Below are positions 1 through 8,020 of a DNA stretch of 64,000 nucleotides, piece by piece (the stretch's first letter is position 1; each line of letters begins with the position of its first letter). The stretch lies in the IMG/VR virus record IMGVR_UViG_3300025038_000006; one strand, 5' to 3'. Position numbers and translations under genes: made by a program. The DNA comes from an uncultured virus (IMG/VR IMGVR_UViG_3300025038_000006) (taxonomy: Duplodnaviria; Heunggongvirae; Uroviricota; Caudoviricetes). Below the pieces are notes generated by a model. That model did not search any database. It was not told the origin of the DNA and saw only the letters and a program-made list of their open reading frames with translations.

Positions 1-275
1 ACAGCCCGTTTAGCTGGGAGTCGCTTACTATAGCAGCTCTATCAAATGTTTTTATTTTAATTTATGCCGGAATATGTGTAGAAGTATACAAAAACATCGA
101 AGCTCACAAAGTTTCTAGTGCTGAATACTCTGGATTACTAGTCGCAGTAATTGTAGGCATTATATGGTTTAATGAAGTACCAAATTTAAGCTTACTGGTT
201 GGAGGAACTTTAATTGTTGCTCCTTTAATTTGGCTAGCAAACGCTGAAAGAGTAAAGTATAGAAATTTGAATTAG
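1..275 (+). CDS. 3' part of a DMT/EamA-family membrane transporter (partial)
   Basis: Frame 3 reads ...EAHKVSSAEYSGLLVAVIVGIIWFNEVPNLSLLVGGTLIV..., a typical EamA C-terminus; stop TAG at 273-275. Confidence 0.7.
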   Translation, partial: SPFSWESLTIAALSNVFILIYAGICVEVYKNIEAHKVSSAEYSGLLVAVIVGIIWFNEVPNLSLLVGGTLIVAPLIWLANAERVKYRNLN

Positions 276-364
276 CACTTCCCTACTTAGTTTTTACAAA
301 AGGAGGGAATTTCTTCACTAAAACTCACTCCCCGTAATATGAATATGCTGTTTCGTAGTTCAAG

Positions 365-2719
365 CTACCACCGAATCAAATGATCTAACGCTAAATTATT
401 ATTTGGCTGCCTGCCAAAAATAGAGTCCATCAAAGCTTCATCGGCTGATGCATTTTCGAATACCTTCTCATCTTTGATTACTTTGAATAGCTTATCAAAT
501 GCCGCATTAATACGGGCACGCTCGTCACCCTCAGGATAAGCCTTATGGGCGCTATCGTATAAATCATTGTTAGCACCATAACTCAAGTAGTCATTACGGC
601 GTCCTTGCGCCTCTAAACTATCCTCAAGATACGCCTGAAATGCCCTTGCCGCCATTTCAACTGTTGTAGACCAATACGGCTTGGCGCGTGTTCCATCAAG
701 AGATACCGAATTTGCTTTATATTTAGACGATATAGGACCGGTTTCAAGAACGACAGTTTCTCCTGCCTTATCTTGATTATAATATGCAGCCGCCACTTTT
801 CGCCATACTGTATGCCGTTTGCTACGGCGGCTTCTATTTGTTCTGCCATACATATCGTCAATCGCTCTTACAGCGCCGCTGGCATTGCCTGCATCTAAGA
901 TTGCTTTTGTCGTCCTATTAAGCTTATCGGGATTAATATTTAATTTTGCCAGCTCAATATCTTTTTCTGTAAGCTTAAACACTTCAGGTGTATAGGTATC
1001 ACCAATGAACATGGCATCTTGCAAATCTTTAAAGGCGTTTGAAATTTTAGGGTTACTAGCAAGGCTTGGATTTTCTGTTAAAAAATTATTGGCTCCAACA
1101 GCTTCTTCATTACCTAGTACTTCACCTAAAATGTTATCGATAGCATGAAACCATTCATGGCCAAGCGAGCCACCACCACGCATTTTGGTTAAGTTAATGA
1201 CGCGCTGAACTGGCTCATAATGAGCAAGCGCTCCTCCTCTACCACGCGCACCAAAAGCCATTGCTAATCTACCGTTAAATCCAAGGGCTTTATGGTCAAT
1301 ACCGATAATATCTGACAAATCAAACATGGCTGCTGCCGTATTCTTCACATGAAATTCAGCACTAGATTTTTCTTTTAAAATCCAATCTCCTGATTGAATA
1401 TCTCTGAAGCCAAATTCATCTTTAAGCTCTTTGGTAGAGTTGATGACAACTTCTTTCCCGCCCTTACGCTCAATTTGTTCAGCAACAATTAATTCAAAAG
1501 TTGTTTTTTTCTTACCTTTTTTGCCACCACTTCCAGTCTTGCTGCTATCTGTAATAGTCAGTCCCCAGTCGTCATATTTACCATCTATGGCTAGGTTTAG
1601 GTGTTTAACAAAGGCTGATGAAGTACGCTCAATAATTGCCCAAAATCTCTCACCAAGAGCAACCCATTGCTGAATGTTCCTATTTGTAGTTAATGTCTCA
1701 AATGCCCCTATTGCATTGATAGCTTTTAAAGCAACAGTATACTCTTTCCACTTTTCAAACTTATTTGTGTCAACAATGCCTTTACCAATGTAACTACCAC
1801 TAAACTGGCGTTCGGGGTATTTTTCTGTAGCCCAGCTCATTACCCACTTTTGTATATTATATTCAATTGGGTTTACACCCTCTTCCTTGGCCATTGCAGC
1901 AAGCCCAGCAATCGCTTCTTTGTATAACGCCTCACTCTCCTCTTCCATCTCAGTTCTTAATGCATCTTGCTCTGCGGACAACGTTTTATATTTATCTGCG
2001 ACATCCGAACTAAGCATTGAACCACCAAGTTCACCTGCGATAGCCACAAGTTCATTGTACAAATCACGAGGTGTGACACACTTACTAATGCGCGCTTTTA
2101 ACGTATCAATACCTGCCACATAAGCTTTACGCATCATCTGCTTTTGCTGAGCTGCGCCAAACTCATCTGTTAATCTTGCAAATGCGAGTAATTGATCTTG
2201 ATTGTAGCTTATGTTTCTACGACCAGCATAAGAGTTTTTAGCAAATTCAACTAAGTCCCAATGAGGCTCTGTTGCCACAGATGCCAATATTTTTTGAATT
2301 AAAAAAGCGGTACCAGGCTCAATACCATTATCTTTTAACTCATTGTAGTCAACCTGACCCATAATGTTTGATTTTTTAATTAGGGACTCAGCAAGCAGCG
2401 CATCAGTTTCAATTTCCGTCCAATCTATGTCTTTAACTTTTACAGCAACCCCATCTTTGGCCAACTGTTTTATGCGGTTACTTGCCAGCTCTTTTTTAGA
2501 GCCGGCAATATAACCCGTATCAGCATACCGATAGTTATTATCGTTTGGGTTATCACTAAAGCCATCCTTAACGTTATTTTCAGGCTGATAATTCATCCCA
2601 AGCGCTTTTAGGCCGCTTATAACCGCTTTCCGCTGTGTCTCATCGCTAGGATCGTTAAAGTTTTCCAGCGACAATCTCAAGGTCTCAAGATTGCTGATAA
2701 GCTGTACTGTCTCATTCAT
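365..2719 (-). CDS. LPD1 (large polyvalent protein-associated, zincin-like) domain protein, likely internal virion protein
   Basis: LAMAFGARGRGGALAHYEP, HEWFHAIDN (HExxH), YWSTTVEMAARAFQAY and YPEGDERARINAAFD motifs; own late-promoter cassette. Confidence 0.75.
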   Translation of the reverse strand: MNETVQLISNLETLRLSLENFNDPSDETQRKAVISGLKALGMNYQPENNVKDGFSDNPNDNNYRYADTGYIAGSKKELASNRIKQLAKDGVAVKVKDIDWTEIETDALLAESLIKKSNIMGQVDYNELKDNGIEPGTAFLIQKILASVATEPHWDLVEFAKNSYAGRRNISYNQDQLLAFARLTDEFGAAQQKQMMRKAYVAGIDTLKARISKCVTPRDLYNELVAIAGELGGSMLSSDVADKYKTLSAEQDALRTEMEEESEALYKEAIAGLAAMAKEEGVNPIEYNIQKWVMSWATEKYPERQFSGSYIGKGIVDTNKFEKWKEYTVALKAINAIGAFETLTTNRNIQQWVALGERFWAIIERTSSAFVKHLNLAIDGKYDDWGLTITDSSKTGSGGKKGKKKTTFELIVAEQIERKGGKEVVINSTKELKDEFGFRDIQSGDWILKEKSSAEFHVKNTAAAMFDLSDIIGIDHKALGFNGRLAMAFGARGRGGALAHYEPVQRVINLTKMRGGGSLGHEWFHAIDNILGEVLGNEEAVGANNFLTENPSLASNPKISNAFKDLQDAMFIGDTYTPEVFKLTEKDIELAKLNINPDKLNRTTKAILDAGNASGAVRAIDDMYGRTNRSRRSKRHTVWRKVAAAYYNQDKAGETVVLETGPISSKYKANSVSLDGTRAKPYWSTTVEMAARAFQAYLEDSLEAQGRRNDYLSYGANNDLYDSAHKAYPEGDERARINAAFDKLFKVIKDEKVFENASADEALMDSIFGRQPNNNLALDHLIRW

Positions 2720-2755
2720 TTATTAACCTCATTGTCGTTATACAGTGTTATACAC

Positions 2756-2795
2756 ATTATCGCAATGATTGTTCTACGCCCTGATTGCGTGTTCC
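2756..2795 (-). promoter_or_regulatory. Late promoter cassette 1: GGAACAC-N27-GATAAT
   Basis: GTGTTCC at 2789-2795 and ATTATC at 2756-2761 on the + strand; one of nine intergenic copies. Confidence 0.75.
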
Positions 2796-2802
2796 TAGAG
2801 GC

Positions 2803-2839
2803 AAAAAAAAAGAGCCACGCTAACTGGTAACGCAGCCCT
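2803..2839 (-). terminator. Intrinsic terminator after the endolysin
   Basis: AGGGCTGCGTTA/TAGCGTGGCTCT stem (with GU pairs) followed by a U run on the minus strand. Confidence 0.75.
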
Positions 2840-2851
2840 TACTCACAAAGA

Positions 2852-3535
2852 TTATTTGATCAGCGTCAGGCAGTCTAAAAATTTGATTGCGTACCCTGCT
2901 ATCAGTGTGTCTTTGTCAGTACCGTTAATGACTCGACGAGCGTTTTTAAACTGCTCAAACGAACCATATCTTATGTATCTTGATAGTGATTTGCCAGTGA
3001 AATGACCTTCCAGCATGCCAACGATCATAATATCTGCTGCATGTTTTGGGTCTAGTGCCAGCTCAGGCTTATTCACAAAATCTACACCTAGTAATTTACG
3101 CATCAAGACATAGTTTGTTAACCATGTTAGCTGCACATAACCACGGCCATAGTAAATTGGAAGTAAATCAGAATACCTGCCGCCATGGATATCAATACGA
3201 CTACCATAAGGCCTACCACGGCCTTTTCCGTATTCTTCGATGGGCCTCATGGTTCTTGCTGTTTCATGCCAGGTAGTAGCTAGCATATAAGCAAAATAAA
3301 GTGGATTAATAGCGTTGCCGCCGTATTGGTTGCAAGCATCTAAAATACTATCAAACCCATTAACCTGGGATTGTTTGAGTAGTCCAAAGTGTCTAGCAAG
3401 TTTGCCAGGCTCATAGCCAAGTCGCTTGCCAGAATCAGTCAAAGCTTTTTGCGAGTTCAGGCCCCATAACCCATCGGCTTTGGCACCAGCCTGCCCTTGC
3501 AATCTCTTGATGTTTTCTCTAATTTTTGCTGTCAT
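2852..3535 (-). CDS. Endolysin, glycoside hydrolase family 19-like
   Basis: AYMLATTWHET...PIEEYG, YYGRGYVQLTW.TNY and ARRVINGTD motifs; follows two membrane protein genes. Confidence 0.88.
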   Translation of the reverse strand: MTAKIRENIKRLQGQAGAKADGLWGLNSQKALTDSGKRLGYEPGKLARHFGLLKQSQVNGFDSILDACNQYGGNAINPLYFAYMLATTWHETARTMRPIEEYGKGRGRPYGSRIDIHGGRYSDLLPIYYGRGYVQLTWLTNYVLMRKLLGVDFVNKPELALDPKHAADIMIVGMLEGHFTGKSLSRYIRYGSFEQFKNARRVINGTDKDTLIAGYAIKFLDCLTLIK

Positions 3536-3857
3536 TTTCTCTAAATTCTCTTATCTTACTTTTAAGCTCACTAACCCTTTTGGTACTGCCCGCTATATCT
3601 AGCATCAACACAGCCATTGATAAGACAAGCAGTACCCTCGCTAAAATTGTATGTCTTGAAGGTACAAACACCGTACTACCAACATCAGCCCATAAAAGCC
3701 CCAGCCATATGAATGCATAAAGCACTATCAAAGTAGAAGTTGATTTACGGTTGGTGCAATATCTCCCACTAAACATAACGACTGCACACATAAAAAATCC
3801 AAGGTACGGTGTTATATTGTTAATGATTTGAAGGTTGATGATGATTAGATGCTGCAT
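3519..3857 (-). CDS. Putative holin (about 3 TM helices, charged C-terminal tail)
   Basis: Hydrophobic segments, basic C-terminus, overlaps the endolysin start. Confidence 0.6.
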   Translation of the reverse strand: MQHLIIINLQIINNITPYLGFFMCAVVMFSGRYCTNRKSTSTLIVLYAFIWLGLLWADVGSTVFVPSRHTILARVLLVLSMAVLMLDIAGSTKRVSELKSKIREFRENDSKN

Positions 3858-3859
3858 TT

Positions 3860-4378
3860 TTACCTATCCCCATTTCCCTTGGTGAAGATGTTGGCCAGCC
3901 ATGACACTCTACTAATTAAGAGCTTACGTACTGAGTCTTGGAGTTCTTTATCACGCTTTAAGTCACCTAGGTTGTTGATAAGCACCACACCTGAAAACGA
4001 CATAACCAATGCTGTCATTAGCATAACTTCAATCGGTGGGCTTGCAGCGTCGGTAAGCGCTGGTAATAAAACAAATGCTCCAATAATTCCACTAAAAAAC
4101 CCACCAGCCAGATGAAACATTTGTTGCAATGCAGAAGGTCGCTGCTCCATATCACTTGTATAAATATCAGTAAGCAAAGAGGCCACTGAACCGACCATGC
4201 TCAATAGCAATACAGCAAAAAAGAATACCCAAATTGGGATGTTTAGATACAAGAAAGTACGGGTTTGATTGAGCTGATCCGTAAATGCCACTGCACTAGC
4301 AGACGCACTAAATATACTTGCTACCGAGCTAGCAATTAGCCCGATAGTAAGCTTTGCAGTATCAATATTATGTTGCAC
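3860..4378 (-). CDS. Membrane protein of the lysis cassette (holin/antiholin-like)
   Basis: About 4 hydrophobic segments; directly upstream of the holin and endolysin. Confidence 0.55.
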   Translation of the reverse strand: MQHNIDTAKLTIGLIASSVASIFSASASAVAFTDQLNQTRTFLYLNIPIWVFFFAVLLLSMVGSVASLLTDIYTSDMEQRPSALQQMFHLAGGFFSGIIGAFVLLPALTDAASPPIEVMLMTALVMSFSGVVLINNLGDLKRDKELQDSVRKLLISRVSWLANIFTKGNGDR

Positions 4379-4412
4379 CCTTCACCCCTTTTCATACACC
4401 CGAGCACGTTTA

Positions 4413-4706
4413 TTACCGACGTGCTGTTAAAATCTTGATGATAGCGTCTAGCCTTTTGTACAGTCCTAATTGGGCTGTTGTGTCTCTCTCCATTATCTTT
4501 GAGCGATAATCAAATGCTTGCGACCTATCATAAAGATCAACAAAATTTAGACTCATTTTAAGCGCTTCAAACATGCTCATTTGGCCATGTTCCATCAGCA
4601 AAACAATGTCACTCAACAATATATCGTGCAAGCTGTCTTGCATGCCCTCGTAACTCAAAAAGGGCTTGAAATCGTGCTGGCACGTATTCGCCAGCAACCT
4701 CCCCAA
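4413..4706 (-). CDS. Small tail/baseplate assembly protein; start uncertain
   Basis: Fills the gap between the 245-aa gene and the lysis cassette; overlaps the upstream gene in the +1 frame. Confidence 0.5.
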   Translation of the reverse strand: MGRLLANTCQHDFKPFLSYEGMQDSLHDILLSDIVLLMEHGQMSMFEALKMSLNFVDLYDRSQAFDYRSKIMERDTTAQLGLYKRLDAIIKILTARR

Positions 4707-5346
4707 TCACCGTAATGCCCTTGTTATCAATACTGGTATCAACATAATGCGATAAGTTAGATATGAGGCTATCAAACAATTCAGCCAGGTTGTTAAAGTC
4801 AAATTCACTAAGATCGCTGATAGTTTTGGCCCGCGCTAGGACCTGTTTGCTCAGCTCATTTTGGGTTAAGCTATCGTCTAGCTTGTCCCAAACCATATCA
4901 CCACCCACAATGCTGCTGAGATTGCCGAAAAGCTGGCAAGCCATAAGGCCGCAAGTCCAATCAAACAAATTTTCACATATCGTTTCAAGTAAGCAGACAT
5001 GAGCACCTCTAATATGTTGTACGCCTATTTGCGTCTCCTCGTCTAAATACTCTTTTGGTACCAGTGATTCGACTGTATCAATCAAATATTCGCTTAAATT
5101 ACTCTCAGCGGCATATTTGTTTTGGGATAAAGCTTGTTGGTTTAATAAAAAATAATAACGTTCTTGTACTGTTAACTTATCAGCCAACTCCGGATAGCCT
5201 GTAACTAGCGTAATTAACGCGCTAATACGCTTTTCGTTAAAACGCTCTGGTATTTTGGCGACCTCCATGGCTTGACCAATAGTAAGATCTGGCATTGGTA
5301 CTGTGTGCTCAAGCAACTGTAACTGCATTACTGCAACGTCTGTCAT
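4609..5346 (-). CDS. Putative tail/baseplate assembly chaperone
   Basis: Late operon position; LTVQERYYFL and PARF motifs recalled from P1-like morphogenesis proteins. Confidence 0.4.
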   Translation of the reverse strand: MTDVAVMQLQLLEHTVPMPDLTIGQAMEVAKIPERFNEKRISALITLVTGYPELADKLTVQERYYFLLNQQALSQNKYAAESNLSEYLIDTVESLVPKEYLDEETQIGVQHIRGAHVCLLETICENLFDWTCGLMACQLFGNLSSIVGGDMVWDKLDDSLTQNELSKQVLARAKTISDLSEFDFNNLAELFDSLISNLSHYVDTSIDNKGITVIGEVAGEYVPARFQALFELRGHARQLARYIVE

Positions 5347-6197
5347 TTCTTGCCCCCGTTAGATGATGCTCTTAGGTTTGCTATGTCGTATTTATCCCAT
5401 GCGGTTAGGGATAGTAATGTTATTTGTACTTTAATCGCGATTCTGTCGCCGTTCTTATTCATCGGCGCCGTAATAGGTGCTGATAAGCTCTCAATAAACA
5501 TAGGCTTATATGTTTTCCCAGCGTATTGAAACTGCACAAGCGAGGGTATGGTCGATGGAAACATACCATCAGCACCCTCACTAAGCGTGCCCACTACTAA
5601 AGACGCATCTGATAACTTTCTAGGTGATGCATATTGCTGTAATACATTCAATGCGCGCTCAACTTCTGAGGCCGCATCAACCCACGCCTGAAAAACAAGC
5701 GTCCCACTAATGCGTACTGAGCTTGATGAGGTATAGACTTGACGGCTATTAATCTTAGTAAACGTAGACTTATCTTTTAACCCAAGTAGCTTGTCAGCAG
5801 CGTCGCCCGCAACACTCTTAACCGCGCTGTCATCCGCTGTTTCTGAGTCCAAGTTAAAAATGCTATACATTGATGCGGGCAGTTCGCCCGATTGAATCAT
5901 ACCCATCATATTGGGCATCCGACCTTCAGGATTGGATGTTTCAAAGGGTGTTGAGTACTGAGACTCAACTGTAAACTCACCATCTTCAAATAGCGCAGCA
6001 ATAATGGTATTACCTTCAATGGGGTTATAGGTCTGTTTGCCCTGGCCGCCTTCCACGTTATCTTCAGATACTGGCCGTATCTTAGCGATCAGTCGCTGAT
6101 TTAAACCTTTGTGCATCCAAGGCACGCCAGATCCTACTACTACGCTTGTCTTGGGCTTGCTTGCATTATCCGCCGGCTTGTTTGTATTTTTTTTCAT
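5343..6197 (-). CDS. Putative baseplate/tube-initiator protein
   Basis: C-terminal PSLVQFQYAGKTYKPMFIESLS...VQITL pattern typical of tube-fold baseplate proteins. Confidence 0.5.
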   Translation of the reverse strand: MKKNTNKPADNASKPKTSVVVGSGVPWMHKGLNQRLIAKIRPVSEDNVEGGQGKQTYNPIEGNTIIAALFEDGEFTVESQYSTPFETSNPEGRMPNMMGMIQSGELPASMYSIFNLDSETADDSAVKSVAGDAADKLLGLKDKSTFTKINSRQVYTSSSSVRISGTLVFQAWVDAASEVERALNVLQQYASPRKLSDASLVVGTLSEGADGMFPSTIPSLVQFQYAGKTYKPMFIESLSAPITAPMNKNGDRIAIKVQITLLSLTAWDKYDIANLRASSNGGKK

Positions 6198-6199
6198 CT

Positions 6200-8011
6200 T
6201 TACGCTACCGCTTTAGTTTTCTGTAAACTCTCAATAGCTAAAGACACAAGTAAGTCACGGTAATGTTCAAGTGTATCTTTGAAAATCTGTGCAAGATCAG
6301 GCCTATCTGCATCTTCAATCTTGCCAGCCAGCTCTTTTGCAAAGTCACTATCAAATCCCAGGGGGTCAAAGCTGCTTTCTGATACCTTGTCGCTAAGGCT
6401 TTTAACCTGTTCGCCAAGGTAATCAGTTTCGTTTTCTTTATTGCTTACTAGGCCTAAATCCTTACGCAACTGCATAATCTTTTTAAGCGCTTGTAGCTTT
6501 TGCAAATTACCTAGTTCTTTGGCGTCTGATACGGCTGATTTAAGTTCTTTAATCTTTTTAAGCTTTTCAAGCGGTGTTAGTGTCATTGAGTCGAACATAT
6601 CTAACCCTTTGTTGTTACCGTAAATACTTTGAATCTTATCAACTGCAAAATTAGCAGCATCTTTGGTGCTAACAGGTGGCGAACCAAATAAATCATCAGC
6701 GAGGCCGTGTTGAGACTCTTTTTCACAAAACTCGGCCATGGCTTTGAAAAATAACCCCATCTTCTTTGCACTACGGTTATTGGTAGCAATAAACACGGCT
6801 ATTTCGGCCACACCTTCTGCCAAATCACTAAACAAGCCCATTTGTTTAACATACTCTGCAACATCTTGGTTGTTGTCCTGAGCACTCATAACCACGTTAG
6901 CTGCATCAATGATTGCGTTTGTAACCTCGTCATCAAGGCCCTTTTCGATACTATCTACAATGCCACTAGATATATCTTGGACGTTGCCACGGCTTATGGC
7001 TTGTGCCTCAATGAACTTAGGCGCGGCCACGCTCAAGGCGTTTAGTACGTTTTGTAGATCTGGCTTTGCATCGTCGGCCATCATTTCTGTTAGTCGCTCA
7101 TCATTGTAGGCCTTGCTAAAAATAGCGGCTTTCATGCGTGCCACCAGCGCTTGTGTTGGCTTACCGTCTTTTGTTGTATATTGGGCCGCCTCTGTATCAC
7201 CTAATTGTTTTAAAAAGGCGACAACGAAGTTATGGTTACTTGATGCCGTTAAATCCCCGTTTTCACTTGGATTGAATAGCATGAGCATGTGGTCATCTAG
7301 CATTTTAGCGTCCGTCTTGGCTCGCTCTGTTGCACTGTATGACAGCTTGTCGTCCTGGTTGGCCTCAATAGCAAACTTAACTCGATCAACCTCGCTGGTC
7401 CTAATCCTAATCAGTATTGGCCGTTTAAATGCTTCTACGTCTTTGGGGCTGAATCCCAGGTAGTCGGCTTCATCAATGAGCCAATCCCTATAATCATCGG
7501 CTGTACCATTGTCATAAGCCATAGCTATTGCCATAGTTCGGCCGTTACCACTTTCCACGGCCATATCATCACCAACAATAGGCGCTCCACTATCAGCCCT
7601 GCCGGACCTGCCTAAACTTTCCGGATCAAGGTCACGTGATACTTTTTGCACCCATGCGACTGATGAATCACGGCCACGATCACGAGGCTGTAATTCTTGC
7701 GGATATATTGGGTTTTGGCTGCCGCTTGCCGTGTGACTAGCAATGACGTTATCAATTTCAGTTATAGCTAGAATCGTCGATACCCTAGTCCCCTTTGCTG
7801 TTTTAACATTATTGCTGCGGCCCGTGATAACCTTGTTTACCTGATTAGGCTGGCTGTTTGAATTATCTGATTTAACAGATAAGCCAAGATCAGCTCTAAG
7901 CTGCATAACTCTTTTTATTTCATCAAGGCGCTTTAACCCATCAAGGCTTTTAGCGTCTGATATAGCAGCCTTGAGCTGCTTCACCAGTTCTATCTTCTTT
8001 AAAGGTGTCAT
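6200..8011 (-). CDS. DdrB-like ParB-superfamily domain protein
   Basis: ASH...YPQELQPRDR, GAPIVGDDMAVESGNGRTMAI motifs; immediately downstream of the darA-like gene. Confidence 0.8.
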   Translation of the reverse strand: MTPLKKIELVKQLKAAISDAKSLDGLKRLDEIKRVMQLRADLGLSVKSDNSNSQPNQVNKVITGRSNNVKTAKGTRVSTILAITEIDNVIASHTASGSQNPIYPQELQPRDRGRDSSVAWVQKVSRDLDPESLGRSGRADSGAPIVGDDMAVESGNGRTMAIAMAYDNGTADDYRDWLIDEADYLGFSPKDVEAFKRPILIRIRTSEVDRVKFAIEANQDDKLSYSATERAKTDAKMLDDHMLMLFNPSENGDLTASSNHNFVVAFLKQLGDTEAAQYTTKDGKPTQALVARMKAAIFSKAYNDERLTEMMADDAKPDLQNVLNALSVAAPKFIEAQAISRGNVQDISSGIVDSIEKGLDDEVTNAIIDAANVVMSAQDNNQDVAEYVKQMGLFSDLAEGVAEIAVFIATNNRSAKKMGLFFKAMAEFCEKESQHGLADDLFGSPPVSTKDAANFAVDKIQSIYGNNKGLDMFDSMTLTPLEKLKKIKELKSAVSDAKELGNLQKLQALKKIMQLRKDLGLVSNKENETDYLGEQVKSLSDKVSESSFDPLGFDSDFAKELAGKIEDADRPDLAQIFKDTLEHYRDLLVSLAIESLQKTKAVA

Positions 8012-8020
8012 ACCCGCCCC

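Noticed and set aside
276..364. Prophage att site at the left boundary
   Set aside because: No tRNA end or matching direct repeat found; the EamA gene could be host or cargo
688..694. Tenth GTGTTCC copy
   Set aside because: Inside a coding region, with no -10-like hexamer at 26-27 bp; likely chance
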